Of a stretch of 64,000 nt of DNA, positions 41,609 to 56,852 are shown piece by piece. Both the position numbers and the translations under genes were made by a program. The stretch covers positions 12,028,001 through 12,092,000 of the forward strand of contig OZ231126.1 of assembly GCA_965153355.1 (NCBI GenBank). Reading direction: 5' to 3'. The stretch comes from Flaccisagitta enflata. Lineage: Eukaryota. Every line of letters starts with the position of its first letter. The first letter of the stretch is position 1. The notes under the pieces were generated by a model. The model saw only the letters and a list, made by a program, of their open reading frames with translations, was not told where the DNA came from and made no database searches.

Positions 41609-43139
41609 ACTCATACAGCCAACCGTGCGAACATCGACCACGCGATATAAAATACGCCATTTTGATTTGCTCATGTTCGACGGTAAGACACGTCCTGTAG
41701 GAAGCCCCCCCCCTTCCCCTTCCAAAAGAAGTTCCTGCCTGTCAACGAATATAAGCGGACTTCTTTAATTCTTTATTCTCCCTTTCTTCCTTTCCAGTGT
41801 CTCCTTCCACTCGATATAATTTCGTTTCCCTACATTTGCTGACATTTTTTTCTGTCCTTCTTTCCCTCTATTATTTCTTCTATTCTTTTTTAGATACGTC
41901 CTCGCATCTCTATAAGAGGGCCTGTCCCTTGGTATGTTGGTTGGTCGGTAATGTAAAAATTTCTTCACGCAATTTTTAGGGTTTTCTCCTCATTTCTCTT
42001 TATGTCTCTTCATGTCTCGTATATTTCCTCTATCGTATCTTTTGTTTCTTTTGTCTCATATGTGACTTGTGACAACATTGCATTATTAAAAAAATTTTTA
42101 AAAAAATTAAAAAAACAAAGGATGAGAGTCTTGCGAACTCTCAATATGTCTCTTATGTCTCTTATGTCTTCTATATCTCATATCAAGACATATGTTTCTT
42201 CCTGTCTCTTCATGTCTTTTCATGTCTCTTCATGTCTCTTCATGTCTCTTCATGTCTCTTCATGTCTCCTCTTGTTTCCTCATGTCTCTTAAGGTCTCTC
42301 ATATCCCTTCATGTCTCTTCGTAGGGAGGAGGTGTGGAGGGAGGAGGCGTGGGGGGGTGGAGAGGTGTAGCGGAGGTGGGGGGTGAGGAGGCGTGGGGAG
42401 GTATGGGGGGAGGGGTGAGGAGGCGTGGGGGGGGGAGAAGGGGTAAGGGAGTAATCAGTTTATAGTTTTCTCTTTATCTCAATATCTTTTTATATTCATA
42501 TCATTATATCTCAATATCTCAATATCTTTTTATCTTAATAATTTGTATCTTAATATCTTACATCTAAAGAGGACGCATCTATTGGACATCTCTTGGCCTT
42601 GTTGTTTTGTTAATAATGTTTTTCATTTTTCATCTTCGATATTTTTTGTGTGTTCCTTAGTTGGCGTCAGATAATTCTTCCGATGAATTGAAGAAGGAAA
42701 AAAAAGATGAAATCACTCATCCATGAAATTAACATATTTGTCGATGAAAACTTTTTCTGTAGAAAAGACCGCCGCACCGTGTGCACACATTGAAGACAGA
42801 TCGCCGAATAGGGCACAGGAATAGTAGAAAGACTGCAACCACGGAACTGTGGCAAGCACAGAAGTTGACTATCTTTTCTTAGAATTTCTTGCCAACACTG
42901 ATTTACTCACACATTTACCAACCCCCTCTCTGTGCTTGGCTAGGCAAAGAAGTGCGTCCAACTTTACGACGCTTCACAATCGAGATTTTTAGCTCGTACG
43001 TCGAGAAGCATGACGTCAGCTAGTATTTCAAATTTCAGGATATTCGCATCAATAGTTTAGAAGTTACGGCCTTTTTCATAATTAAAAAGTAAAAGAGAAA
43101 ACCGACGTTCTTTTTTTCCGTTTTTTCTTTGAACTCGCC

Positions 43140-43757
43140 CCCTAATCAAATTTTAAAATTTTTTGAAAAAAGTAATTTTACAGGTTTTGGATCTAGGCGA
43201 ATAAAACAATTTCCTATCCGTTGCACCCCACTTTTGAAAACCATTTTTTCAAAAAAAAGATCTTGTGATTTTTTTTCAAAGTCCCCAACGCGCGATACCA
43301 AAAAATTTCAAAGTTAAAAAAAAAGAAATGAAATACAAGATTTTGGATCTAGGCAAATCAAACAATTTCCTATTGATAGCACCCCGATTTGGAAAACCAT
43401 TTTTCAAAAAAATATTTTGTGATTTTTTTTTCTAAGTCCCTGACGCGCGACAAAAATTTTTTTTCAGTTTTCTGAAAAAAAATGAAAATGCAGGATTTTG
43501 GATCTAGGCAAATCAAACAATTTCCTACTGATCGCACCCCACTTTTGAAAACCCTTTTTCAAAAAAATATTTTGTGATTTTTTTTTAAGTCCCTGACGCG
43601 CGACATAAAAATTTTCTATGTTTTTTGAAAAAAGTGAAAATACAAGATTTTGGATCTAGGCAAATCAAACAATTTCCTATTGATTGCACCCCACTTTTTT
43701 TTTCAAAAAAAAAAAATCTCAATAAGGGCTTTTTTGGGGGCCCTTAGGGGCCCCTAA
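43140..43757. mobile_element. Solo fragment of an Academ-related TIR with four ~155-bp tandem subunits
   Basis: TTGGATCTAGGCAAATCAAACAATTTCCTA recurs at ~43187, 43343, 43498, 43650 and ends in GGGCTTTTTTGGGGGCCC; both motifs occur in the same order in the right TIR at 3280-3390. Confidence 0.7.
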
Positions 43758-45113
43758 GAAGAAAATAATAATGTTTAGTTAAAGCCAACGGCAAGAGAAA
43801 TCAAATCTCCGTCAAACAAGACCAAGAACGCCTAGATTGGTGGCGTATAGAGCCTGTAACAACAGTCAACACTTCAGGGGGCGAGTTTTTTTCAAAGCGA
43901 GATCCGCTTTCAGCCTTAGAAATTCCAAGTTGTAGATCAAGGCCTAGCTTGGCTTTAATGCCAAAGTGATCAGAAGAAAATAAAACAATTTGAAAAACAA
44001 CAGAATGAAACTGAAAGAGCAAATACAAAAGCGCATTTGGGGAGCACCGAGCGTTGATTTTGATTATTTCATGCGTTTGATCAAAAGCCGGGATCATAAA
44101 TTGGACCCGAATTAGAACTCACTTCATTGATTTTCTGACAGATTTACAAATAATGGAGTATCTATCAAAATCCTTTCAGTTGCGTGTTTTTCATTCAAAG
44201 ATAGGACCCTTTCGAAAAAGCGCAAATGCCGAGTCTGGATCTTTGACAAGGAGCGATGAAAGTAAGACAATTTGAATAGCTTGCACAAAATTGAAGCAAA
44301 GCCCTTAATACAGATTTTTCACTACACCGATGGAAGAAATCGAAACTGGAAAAAACAAGCCCGACAGGCCGACAATCGCGTGCTCGGTATTACTATTGAC
44401 CTGCGCTCAATTTTAAAATTACATGAGGACTGATAAATGTTACGGAACGAGCGACTGACCGACGCACCGACCAACAGATCTACGTATCGAGTCGCATGCA
44501 GGTGATAAAAAATGGCGAGTCGGATATGCAATATATATCAAGTTTTCCAGAACTGCTGCCCGATTCGGACGTTGAAAGGTGCCGCAATTAGTACGTCATC
44601 ACTTGAGCTTGATGCGGTCTTCCTTACTGTCTCCCTTAGGCACAGGCCTACAGGGGCGATGTAGCTGGAATGTTACAACCGGCTTAATCACAGAGTTCCT
44701 TACATGGTCTTTATTTCCATCGCTATCTCTATCTCTATTTCCATCTCCGTCCCTATTACTATCACTTCAGCTGTCAGCTCTCATGCGTGATTATCGGAAA
44801 ATACTGGAATGGATAAGGAGCTAATTCCGTTCGGGGGATTTCGATTTGCTTGTCCTTGTCATTACGTATTAAACCCTCCTCCGTATCCTTCTCCCACTTC
44901 ATTCCTATTTATCCGTGTCCTGCTTCCTGCCCCCCCCCCCCTTCCCCCTTCCCCTCTCCCTGCGCGCTGGGTACAGCGCTTCCTCAATTTCCTTGGTCTT
45001 TACCCTCCAACCCCAACCCTATCCTTTCGAGCTTTCGTTCTGACACATCATTCCAAAGTGCATATACATTTGTTTTTCCTTCTATAAAATTTTACCATGT
45101 AACTCCCCTTCCC

Positions 45114-45153
<40 letters not shown>

Positions 45154-45424
45154 TTGCGCTTGATTTCTTTAGACACATATGGACCAAACGACATTAAGAC
45201 TACTGGATAATTTTGACCTCAATCGATCTAAGAAAATAAATAGGTCGCCCAATATACAGAATTCTGCAGAAATAAAAACAAGGCCACCAGTTGCGGACGA
45301 GTGGGCAGGGGCGGAAATGCGCGTTTCCAACTCGATCATTATGGACCGACGGACCAACGGATCAACGGACCAACGGACCAACAAAGCCTGTTATAGAGTT
45401 GCGTGTCCGCAACTAGAAAGAAAG

Positions 45425-45538
<114 letters not shown>

Positions 45539-47512
45539 TGGCAGACATAACGGTACTTCCGAGCGACAAAAACACACCATCAGTAAGATAGGCATGGAGA
45601 GTGACTGATAACATAAGAATCTAGATTTGGCAGACCTACAGACGGAAAGAAGGAGAGCGACGGACGTATCAGTCCCGAAAACAACGGTTACTATCGTATA
45701 AGCGATCATTCTTACATAGAGTAGGAACTTATGAAGTTCAGTTTGTGGGATGAACCAAGGAGGAAAAAAGTTGACTGATTTTTTTAACAAGCCAAATGAG
45801 TATAATAATATTAAGAAAAATGAATATTTGATACTTTTTGGCAACTGGTATCACGTTTGAACAGTCATAAGAGAAAGTATGTCTCTTTTTTTTTTATGGA
45901 AAAAAACTCAATTTTCATTAAGTAAAGATATATGCGATAAAAAATGCTTTCACGCTTGCAAAAAGGCCTGTTCGCTGCTGTTCGTCACATAACTTATAGA
46001 TTCGACAACGCTGATTTCAAATCTACTTTCAGATTTGATTTAAATTCATCCTGAGTAACGCTATAGTCATTGGAAGACGCAGTCTCCTTTGTTAAGACTT
46101 AAAAAAACACTAGCCTAGTAGGAACTTCTGCATGGCAGTTGTTGGAGTGATAAGTAGAGAAACAAGGCCGGATACATGTCTAGCGAAGTCGCGTGTGGGT
46201 GGGCAGGGGCTGTATTTGAGGTCACTAGACTATTTGGGCAGGAGCAGTGAGATTGAAGAAATAGAATCATAACAAAAGTAAAATTTAACCGACCAACCGA
46301 CCAACAGATGGATGGACAAAGCGACTTATAGAGTTGCGTGCACGCGACTAAAAGAAATTACTGTTTATTTTTAAACCAGCAAAGTGAATATGAATATATG
46401 ATTAAAGAATGATAAATCAATCATTTTGCTTGTCTGGTATTACATAGAAAGGGCCCCTTGAGTCAGACAGTCACTTTTTAGTGAAGGAAAATAACTGAGG
46501 TTTACATAAATAAGACTTGCTGTGAAATATGATGCTTTTATGCTTGTAATTAGGCCTGTACGCTGCTGTACATAAAAGAACATATAGTTTCGACCATGCT
46601 GATTCTAAATCTTGTTTCATTTTTTTTTTTCCGATTTCATACGAGGCAATGCGATCATAATAAATAGACAAAGTGCTAAGTTGCTAACCAAAACAGCATC
46701 ATGGAACTTGCGCCTAAATCGCAAATTAACAGTACCTTGTTTACGCTCGTAAATTTTCACTGTCTCCAATTTTAGATTTTTAATCGCATGCACGCTATGT
46801 TGGTCGGTTGGTTGGTCCATCCGTTGGTAACACTATTTTTTATGTGTTTATGGGCGTTTTTCACATTACTGCCCCTGCCAAAATGCTTGGTTAGCCTTTT
46901 TAGTCGTGTGCACGCGACTATGACCCACTCTTTCTGTTGGTCCATCGGTCCGTAATGCCTAACTTTTTCTGCTGTTTGATGTCATTTTTAGTCATTTTAT
47001 GTCATTTAAAGTTATTTTAAGTCAATTTACATTTTGTCCCTTGGTCTTTTTGTTTTTTAGTCTTATTGTCTTTTGTCAAATGGAGATTCCATGAATTTTA
47101 CTCACTTGATGATCTTAAGAATCTATTTATAGATTGTGCCATTCAATGCAATGGCGCATTTTTTTTTACAAAATTGTTTGAATAGACAATTGCTTTACAT
47201 TTTTGTTCAGTTTTAATTTTTTTTCTTGGACTCTATAATGACTGTGCTCGTCTGTCTGTCAGTCGTCCATCCATTTTTAGTTGCAGACACGCAACTCTAT
47301 AACAGGCTTTGTCTGTCCATTGATCTGTCGGTCCGTCCATCTGTCCATAACGCAGGAGTCGAAAAGTGGAAAAACGAGCATTTTAGGTGTTTTTTTGGTT
47401 ATGTGTGTTGGTGATTGGGGGCATGGGGTGTGGATGGGGATTGGATGCCCCTGCCCACCCATCCGCAACTATATTGTGACCCCGCGTCACTTGTTTCATT
47501 GATTTCAGGGGG

Positions 47513-47598
<86 letters not shown>

Positions 47599-49304
47599 TA
47601 CAGACAGATTGACAGACAGACAGAGAGAGACAGAGAGAAAGAGAGCTGCTGATAAGACAACACCCCACCGCTTGCCCCTTCCCACACCCCTTGACGTTGC
47701 CATATTGCCACATTGTTTTAAAAGTTACAATCACTTTGCAGTTTTGAGAATGGTTACCGGATCGTCATCCCTTTCACTATTGTGGTGATATACAGCTTAA
47801 GTGAGTCTTTGTGGTAAAGTATTAGGTTGGTGATGTGACTAGATCATTCTGGATGGATACCCTCATGTTCCAAGTCGAATTTTCATTGCTAGACGGTTTC
47901 ATTTGGTTAGAAAGTTATGTCCAAACAAGTGACAGACTCGTGAGAACGGCGCCGAAGGCAATATAGCGCGAAATATGTTAGAAGAATAGTTTAAATATGC
48001 ATTATGGGGTATCAATCGAAAGCCCTTGATATTCTGCATCGATTGATACCAATGATTGGGGTTTTGGGAAAAAAAAATTTTTTCGTCATACTTCCCTACA
48101 TAGAGCTACTGCTCTGTAACCACATGATCCTTATCAAGAATAAGTCCGAGAAAAAGAAACTGCGCAAACAGACATATTGACAGCTACGGATAGAGAGGCT
48201 GAAATATGGATCTTGATTAACCGTACCAACAAAGGTATTGACAGATATAGATAGAAGTGTTGATGTATGAGTCTGATGCCATCTCATGTTTCCACTCGAA
48301 CGAACTTGGAGTTTGGTACCATGTAATGATGTAAATCTCTCCCTCTTTTATGATTTAATATAAGCGACTACAACATATTTTTTGAGAAGAAAAAAACGAC
48401 GACGTTGATAACAACGAATTTGTTGACGATGACAATGGCGACAAAAAGACGATGATGGCGATGACAACGATTGAGTTGATAATGACGATGGCGAAGACCA
48501 CGATGACGACAATGAGGACAACGACAAGGGCGATGATGACATCAACGGCGACGATGACGACGAGGATGATGACGACTACGTGGAAGCGATGACGACGACG
48601 ACGATGAACACGACGACGTAGAAAAGCGTCTTCGAAGCATGGGTTTGGGCGTCATAAACACGCAACAGGAAAACAAGAGGAAAAACATGACAAAATCTAA
48701 TGACAGTCGCAAATCAGCCCAAATCAGGGTACGTCAAGGTACACACGAAGGGGCGATTTCAACGGTCAAATTATATACTGAAAAATAAATTTGCATCGAG
48801 AATCATTTATTTATACAAAATCAGTTGGAAAAAATGAGAAAAATGAAGAAAATTAGCCCCCATTCCTTTACTTATTTACTTGTCTTGGGTGAAATTCTTA
48901 ATCTGTCTCTGAATACAAAAATTGGCATCTTTGAACACATGGCCCTATTCTTAAAGACATATAATAGAATAGTCATGTTCTTAGCAATGCAAATTTCTGC
49001 ATTCCAAGGGAGATTAAGAATTTCACGCAAAATGACTTCCCAAATCAGCTGCTCGTATGCACCTGTGTCTCAGGCTCTCGAGAACGGGATTTTTTAATTA
49101 TTCGTCGAAAATTGTGTGGAAAAGGTGAAAAGGGTGATTTATTCACGAAACCGAGATTTAAAATCACACTCGTTATCATCATTTCTACCCTCAGAAATTT
49201 TGTAGCCATTTTTTTCATCAGTTTGACTGCACTGATTCTCTCCATGAAACTTTGGCTCGATGTTTGGTGTTGCATGGATTGCGAGACTGACCGGCAATGA
49301 TTAA

Positions 49305-49759
<455 letters not shown>

Positions 49760-50099
49760 AATTTCCAATTGATTTTCTCTCACCGTTTGTAATCTCTAAA
49801 CCTTTAACTTAGTTGCGACGCTATGCGACGCATAGCACTGAGCTGAGCGCTTGCAGGCTTGTAGACAGTTATTTTAAGAACATGTCCCCAGCTGCGCAGG
49901 ACTGTCTCCGAGTGTGAAGGTCGCCAATTTGGGAATTTAAGAGTTATACCTTTTATAGTAGTATTCTTTTGAAATGCTAGAAGTTACAAAATTTACATGA
50001 AATAACCATAGATATTTTCCTTTGAGATTCCAGCGACAATTTGTTCATTTTCTGTTTAGCAAACGCACAGTATCTACCTGTATTAATTGAAATTTTATC

Positions 50100-50489
50100 A
50101 AACAAGGCCGGATACACGTCTACCCCAGTCGCGTGCAGGTGGGCAGGGGCTGTATTTGAGGTCACTTGATCATTTGGGCAGGAGCAGTGAGGCCAAAGAC
50201 CGCAAAAACCCAAAAAATGTAATGTGACGGACGGACGGACCAACGGACCAACGGATGGACGGACGGACGGACCAACAAAGCGGGGTGTAGAGTCGCCTAG
50301 CATGCGACTAAAAAAGTCGTCTTTTGCCTTTTTAGTCGCGGACACGCGACTGTAAGCCACTTTTCGGTCAGTCCGTTGGTCCGTCCGTCGGTCTGTCGGT
50401 CGGTCGGTCGGTCACAAAACTGTTTTTTGAGGTTTTTCGCTCCTGCCCACCCATCCGCGACTAATGCTGCCGTGTATACGGCCTTGTTT
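50100..50489. mobile_element. Head-to-head pair of HINE-like elements (minus 50100-50316, plus 50329-50489)
   Basis: AACAAGGCCGGATACACG..GCGACTAAAAAA, then TTTTTAGTCGCGGACACGCGACT..GCCGTGTATACGGCCTTGTTT. Confidence 0.75.
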
Positions 50490-50680
50490 GACATTATATT
50501 ACTCTCAACTGTCAATTTGGCTTAAAACAACATATATTTGTTTTTCATTCATCAGAATGCTTATTTTTCTGTGAACATGTGGATACTTTAAAATAAAAAA
50601 TCGGATCATATAAATACCTCTAACCATACAATTAGAATTAATACCTCTCCTAAATGGCAGCAAACATTCGATAGGGCAAG

Positions 50681-53600
50681 CACAGTGCTTGTTTAGGCCA
50701 CTCGACGAAGTTTATTTCACCAGACTGTCACCGACCCCCTAAATCCACCCAAATCACCTACACAGTGCTTGTTTAGGCCACTCGACGAAGTTTATTTCAC
50801 CAGACTGTCACCGACCCCCTAAATCCACCCAAATCACCTACACAGTGCTTGTTTAGGCCACTCGACGAAGTTTATTTCACCAGACTGTCACCGACCCCCT
50901 AAATCCACCCAAATCACCTACACAGTGCTTGTTTAGGCCACTCGACGAAGTTTATTTCACCAGACTGTCACCGACCCCCTAAATCCACCCAAATCACCTA
51001 CACAGTGCTTGTTTAGGCCACTCGACGAAGTTTATTTCACCAGACTGTCACCGACCCCCTAAATCCACCCAAATCACCTACACAGTGCTTGTTTAGGCCA
51101 CTCGACGAAGTTTATTTCACCAGACTGTCACCGACCCCCTAAATCCACCCAAATCACCTACACAGTGCTTGTTTAGGCCACTCGACGAAGTTTATTTCAC
51201 CAGACTGTCACCGACCCCCTAAATCCACCCAAATCACCTACACAGTGCTTGTTTAGGCCACTCGACGAAGTTTATTTCACCAGACTGTCACCGACCCCCT
51301 AAATCCACCCAAATCACCTACACAGTGCTTGTTTAGGCCACTCGACGAAGTTTATTTCACCAGACTGTCACCGACCCCCTAAATCCACCCAAATCACCTA
51401 CACAGTGCTTGTTTAGGCCACTCGACGAAGTTTATTTCACCAGACTGTCACCGACCCCCTAAATCCACCCAAATCACCTACACAGTGCTTGTTTAGGCCA
51501 CTCGACGAAGTTTATTTCACCAGACTGTCAACGACCCCCTAAATCCACCCAAATCACCTACACAGTGCTTGTTTAGGCCACTCGACGAAGTTTATTTCAC
51601 CAGACTGTCACCGACCCCCTAAATCCACCCAAATCACCTACACAGTGCTTGTTTAGGCCACTCGACGAAGTTTATTTCACCAGACTGTCACCGACCCCCT
51701 AAATCCACCCAAATCACCTACACAGTGCTTGTTTAGGCCACTCGACGAAGTTTATTTCACCAGACTGTCACCGACCCCCTAAATCCACCCAAATCACCTA
51801 CACAGTGCTTGTTTAGGCCACTCGACGAAGTTTATTTCACCAGACTGTCACCGACCCCCTAAATCCACCCAAATCACCTACACAGTGCTTGTTTAGGCCA
51901 CTCGACGAAGTTTATTTCACCAGACTGTCACCGACCCCCTAAATCCACCCAAATCACCACTCACAGTGCTTGTTTAGGCCACTCGACGAAGTTTATTTCA
52001 CCAGACTGTCACCGACCCCCTAAATCCACCCAAATCACCTACACAGTGCTTGTTTAGGCCACTCGACGAAGTTTATTTCACCAGACTGTCACCGACCCCC
52101 TAAATCCACCCAAATCACCTACACAGTGCTTGTTTTAGCTACTCGACGAAGTTTATTTCACCAGACTGTTACCGACCCCTAAATCCACCCAAATCACTCA
52201 GTGCTTGTTTAGCCACTGACGGCAGTTTATTTCACCAGACTGTCACCGACCCCAAATCCACCCAAATCACCCACACAGTGCTTGTTTAGGCCACTCCACG
52301 AAGTTTATTTCACCAGACTGTCACCGACCCCCTAAATCCACCCAAATCACCTACACAGTGCTTGTTTAGGCCACTCGACGAAGTTTATTTCACCAGACTG
52401 TCACCGACCCCCTAAATCCACCCAAATCACCTACACAGTGCTTGTTTAGGCCACTCGACGAAGTTTATTTCACCAGACTGTCACCGACCCCCTAAATCCA
52501 CCCAAATCACCTACACAGTGCTGGTTTAGGCCACTCGACGAAGTTTATTTCACCAGACTGTCACCGACCCCCTAAATCCACCCAAATCACCTACACAGTG
52601 CTTGTTTAGGCCACTCGACGAAGTTTATTTCACCAGACTGTCACCGACCCCCTAAATCCACCCAAATCACCTACACAGTGCTTGTTTAGGCCACTCGACG
52701 AAGTTTATTTCACCAGACTGTCACCGACCCCCTAAATCCACCCAAATCACCTACACAGTGCTTGTTTAGGCCACTCGACGAAGTTTATTTCACCAGACTG
52801 TCACCGACCCCCAACCACCCAAATCACCTACACAGTGCTTGTTTAGGCCACTCGACGAAGTTTATTTCAATTAGACTGTCACCGACCCCCAACCACCCAA
52901 ATCACCTACACAGTGCTTGTTTAGGCCACTCGACGAAGTTTATTTCACCAGACTGTCACCGACCCCCTAAATCCACCCAAATCACCTACACAGTGCTTGT
53001 TTAGGCCACTCCACGAAGTTTATTTCACCAGACTGTCACCGACCCCTAAATCCACCCAAATCACTCTACAGTGCTTGTTTAGGCCACTCGACTAAGTTTA
53101 TTTCACCAGACTGTCACCGACCCCTAAATCCACCCAAATCACCTACACAGTGCTTGTTTAGGCCACTCCACGAAGTTTATTTCACCAGACTGTCACCGAC
53201 CCCCTAAATCCACCCAAATCACCTACACAGTGCTTGTTTAGGCCACTCCACGAAGTTTATTTCACCAGACTGTCACCGACCCCCTAAATCCACCCAAATC
53301 ACCTACACAGTGCTTGTTTAGGCCACTCCACGAAGTTTATTTCACCAGACTGTCACCGACCCCCTAAATCCACCCAAATCACCTACACAGTGCTTGTTTA
53401 GGCCACTCCACGAAGTTTATTTCACCAGACTGTCACCGACCCCCTAAATCCACCCAAATCACCTACACAGTGCTTGTTTAGGCCACTCCACGAAGTTTAT
53501 TTCACCAGACTGTCACCGACCCCTAAATCCACCCAAATCACCCACAGTGCTTGTTTAGGCCACTCGACGAAGTTTATTTCACCAGGCTGTCACCACCCTC

Positions 53601-54172
53601 TAAATCCACCCAAATCACCACACAGTGCTTGTTTAGGCCACTTAACGAAGTTTATTTCACCAGACTGTCACCGTAAATCCACCCAAATCACCTACACAGT
53701 GCTTGTTTAGGCCACTCGACGAAGTTTATTTCACCAGACTGTCACCGACCCCCTAAATCCACCCAAATCACCTACACAGTGCTTGTTTAGGCCACTCGAC
53801 GAAGTTTATTTCACCAGACTGTCACCGACCCCCTAAATCCACCCAAATCACCTACACAGTGCTTGTTTAGGCCACTCGACGAAGTTTATTTCACCAGACT
53901 GTCACCGACCCCCTAAATCCACCCAAATCACCTACACAGTGCTTGTTTAGGCCACTCGACGAAGTTTATTTCACCAGACTGTCACCGACCCCCTAAATCC
54001 ACCCAAATCACCTACACAGTGCTTGTTTAGGCCACTCGACGAAGTTTATTTCACCAGACTGTCACCGACCCCCTAAATCCACCCAAATCACCTACACAGT
54101 GCTTGTTTAGGCCACTCGACGAAGTTTATTTCACCAGACTGTCACCGACCCCCTAAATCCACCCAAATCACC
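50681..54172 (+). repeat. 80-bp satellite array, ~44 copies, 3.5 kb
   Basis: Unit CACAGTGCTTGTTTAGGCCACTCGACGAAGTTTATTTCACCAGACTGTCACCGACCCCCTAAATCCACCCAAATCACCTA; near-identical copies with no spacers. Confidence 0.98.
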
Positions 54173-54699
54173 GCGCAAGGCTGTCGTCTTAAGCCAATAC
54201 TCGTTAAATGCACCTCTTTAAGCTTTCGCAAGGACCACTTGAATGCCCGCTTTTGCAGAAATCTCTACAGTCTATTCTCTAAAAATAAAGATCTACACAC
54301 CTTAAAAACGCACATTTCTAGCTGCTCTCAATACAGACTCACTACTTACTTGAACACCTGTTAAAGAGGGTGAAAGGGAATTCCCAGCTTTACTGTATGA
54401 AGCACCCAAACGATCCAAAGAAAATGAGAGTTTATTGATTCAAAACGTCTCAGATTGTATTTATAAAGAAAAGGAAAAACACGAAAACATTGGTTTTGAG
54501 GTCATTTGAATCCTGATTTTGTTTCAATGTATTGGGGACTTAAGGGTTATTTATAAAGTTGTACTTACTTCTGCTTCAAAAAAGGTGATTGAGGTTTTTT
54601 TCTTCCTTATTGAAATTAACTCACTTAAGTCTTGAAAACAGTAAAGGGAATCAGACTAGGTCATTGCGTTGTGGCGGGTAATGATCTGCGGTTTAGATT

Positions 54700-55900
54700 C
54701 TACAGGCATGCCATCCATGCGACATAAAAATATCCAAAGTTGGTGTTTGCATACAAGTGTAACACGGCGGACGAATTGGTGACTTTTTTTACTGGGTAGG
54801 GCGCGTCCAAGTCACCAGATGCCGACTTAATTCTGAACCTACTAAGAGAAGCGGTGAAAGAGGGCACTCTGGGGAACGTGTGTCCAAAATCCACGGTGTG
54901 ATCTTCTGACAACGTACTGGATCGGTCACCTCTTCTAAAAGTTCCGGCGACGCAGATTTTGTTGACTGGAAAAGAAATGGCAAAGATAGTGTCATGTTAA
55001 TATCAAGTCGCAAGCATACGACACTCCTAGTCATAACATCCATATCCATCTATTTGTGCATAATTTGGTCCGTAACACAGCATTGTAACCGCAAACGGGC
55101 GATTAGACGTCTGTAGCCTGAATGACTCGTTTCATTGCCGCAGCCCGCCCTCACGCGACTAAAGCGGCCGAAAATCCACCCTGGTTATGACTCATGTATA
55201 AACATGGTCTACACTTTTTATTTCTTATAAGAACCTAGTTTATAAGAACATCAAGGCTTGAAATCGCTCCAAAATTAAGAACATTGTAGTTATTTTATTA
55301 GTAGCTATCTCTATCTCTTTTGAAGCCTTCGACCATAAAATGATGTTCTTATAAAAAAATAAAAAGTGTACTAACTACCGGCGGACACAGCCTTCAGCCT
55401 TTTATAAAGACGCATCTAAAACGAGGAAATACATTTCACTCCCTCTTGCGTTCTCTGTGATCAATCACCTTGTAAGTATTCATCTATTTGCCGCTTCATC
55501 ATCTTCTCTAATTCTGAGCTGAAGTCCTTCTGCCGTATCGAATCTTTCAAGAAGTGTTGAAGTTCCAACGTGTTGTTCTGATCTTTCTGTCGTTGCGTTT
55601 TCTTGATTTCCGTGTTGTCCCGTCGAAGCTTGGCCATTTGTTTCCGCAGTCGCTGGTTTTCCTTCTTGATCTTTTCATCTTCCTGACGTAACTTGTCATC
55701 TTCGGCTTTTTATTTTTCGTTTTCGCGTAGATAGATCTGTTTGGTTTCTTCGCGGGCTCTCGCCAAATCTTCCCGCGACGTCGCTACATCTGTCTTAACC
55801 GCCTGTAATTGCCATTTTGGTTTGTCTCCTTGGCAACCCCATAAAACGGGTCTTACCGTTCTCCGACCAAAATCATCGGAAATATGCTAAGTCTGAGATT
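54700..55900 (-). pseudogene. Coiled-coil + C-terminal H-type lectin-like domain gene with a premature stop
   Basis: Exon 55802-55469 encodes a coiled coil (AVKTDVATSREDLARAREE..ELEKMMKRQIDEYLQ) with an in-frame TAA at 55712-55710. It splices in phase 1 to exon 54965-54700 VNKICVAGTF..HTVDFGHTFPRVPSFTASLSRF..VKKVTNSSAVLHL..FYVAWMACL*, the VxFxxxFxxxPxxxxSL..VT..VxWMAC pattern of H-type lectins. The upstream signal-like exon (~55860-55900) lacks a clean ATG and phase. Confidence 0.7.
55212..55368. mobile_element. TA-TSD MITE (CACTTT..AAAGTG family)
   Basis: Same termini as 14097-14570; a near-identical copy in opposite orientation lies at 56853-57007. Confidence 0.75.
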
Positions 55901-56389
55901 TTCTAGCTAGCTATATTACTTAGTGGTGAATTGATCTCTGACGCACTTGAATTGCTGTCGCTACGGTTGAAACTCCTATCACTAGTCTGTCGATAGCCTC
56001 TTGACATAAAAAGCCCCAGCCTTCCCACGAATGTCACAACATCCCCTTACCACACCACGGAAACTGGAGGCTAAAATAAATTCTTTTTTTTTTCATGACG
56101 CAAACATTTTTGAATGATATTGATTTTATTCAGTGAACAAGTAGACGAACACAAATTGAAGCAATACGCGGTATGGAGTATTCATAATTCTTTCTATTTG
56201 TCTGTCTCTGTCCGTTTGTGTCTCTCTGTCTCTCTCTGTCTCTTGATCTCAGTCTCTGTCTGTCTCTCTCTGTCTCCCTGATCTCAGTCTCTGTCTGTCT
56301 CTCTCTGTCTCCCTGATCTCAGTCTCTGTCTGTCTCTCTCTGTCTCTTGATCTCAGTCTCTGTCTGTGTCTGTGTCTGTGTCTGTCTCT

Positions 56390-56463
<74 letters not shown>

Positions 56464-56852
56464 AATTAGTCCGTCTTTCTTTGTTTTGGCTATCGGGCTC
56501 ATCCCCTTTAATTTGACCAAAATAAAAACCAACGAAAGACCGACGATTGAAAATGACCAAGAATTAGTTGTAAATCACTCTATGCCAAGTGATGTACAAA
56601 GAAAGATTAATTAGTATTTCTAAGAATAGGCGAATTTAGTCCAATGAACCAGAAATATTGATCATCAGGTCATTATCTAATAGGATCGATTAGAAGTACA
56701 TGCGGCCATTACTGACCCTAAGAAATGCAAAAAAAATGAGAGTGATTTTAATTTTTAACAAAAGGCCAATTAGAAGGCCACCCAAGTAGCGTGCGGGTGG
56801 GCAGGGGCAGTATTAAAAACGCTGACAAAGCATATGAGCAGGAGCAGTAATA

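Noticed and set aside
50681-54172. 80-bp array as a CRISPR array or as RAG recombination signals (each unit contains CACAGTG)
   Set aside because: Units are head-to-tail with no unique spacers and no cas genes. No ACAAAAACC-like nonamer follows the heptamer at 12 or 23 bp (ACTCGACGA, TTTATTTCA).
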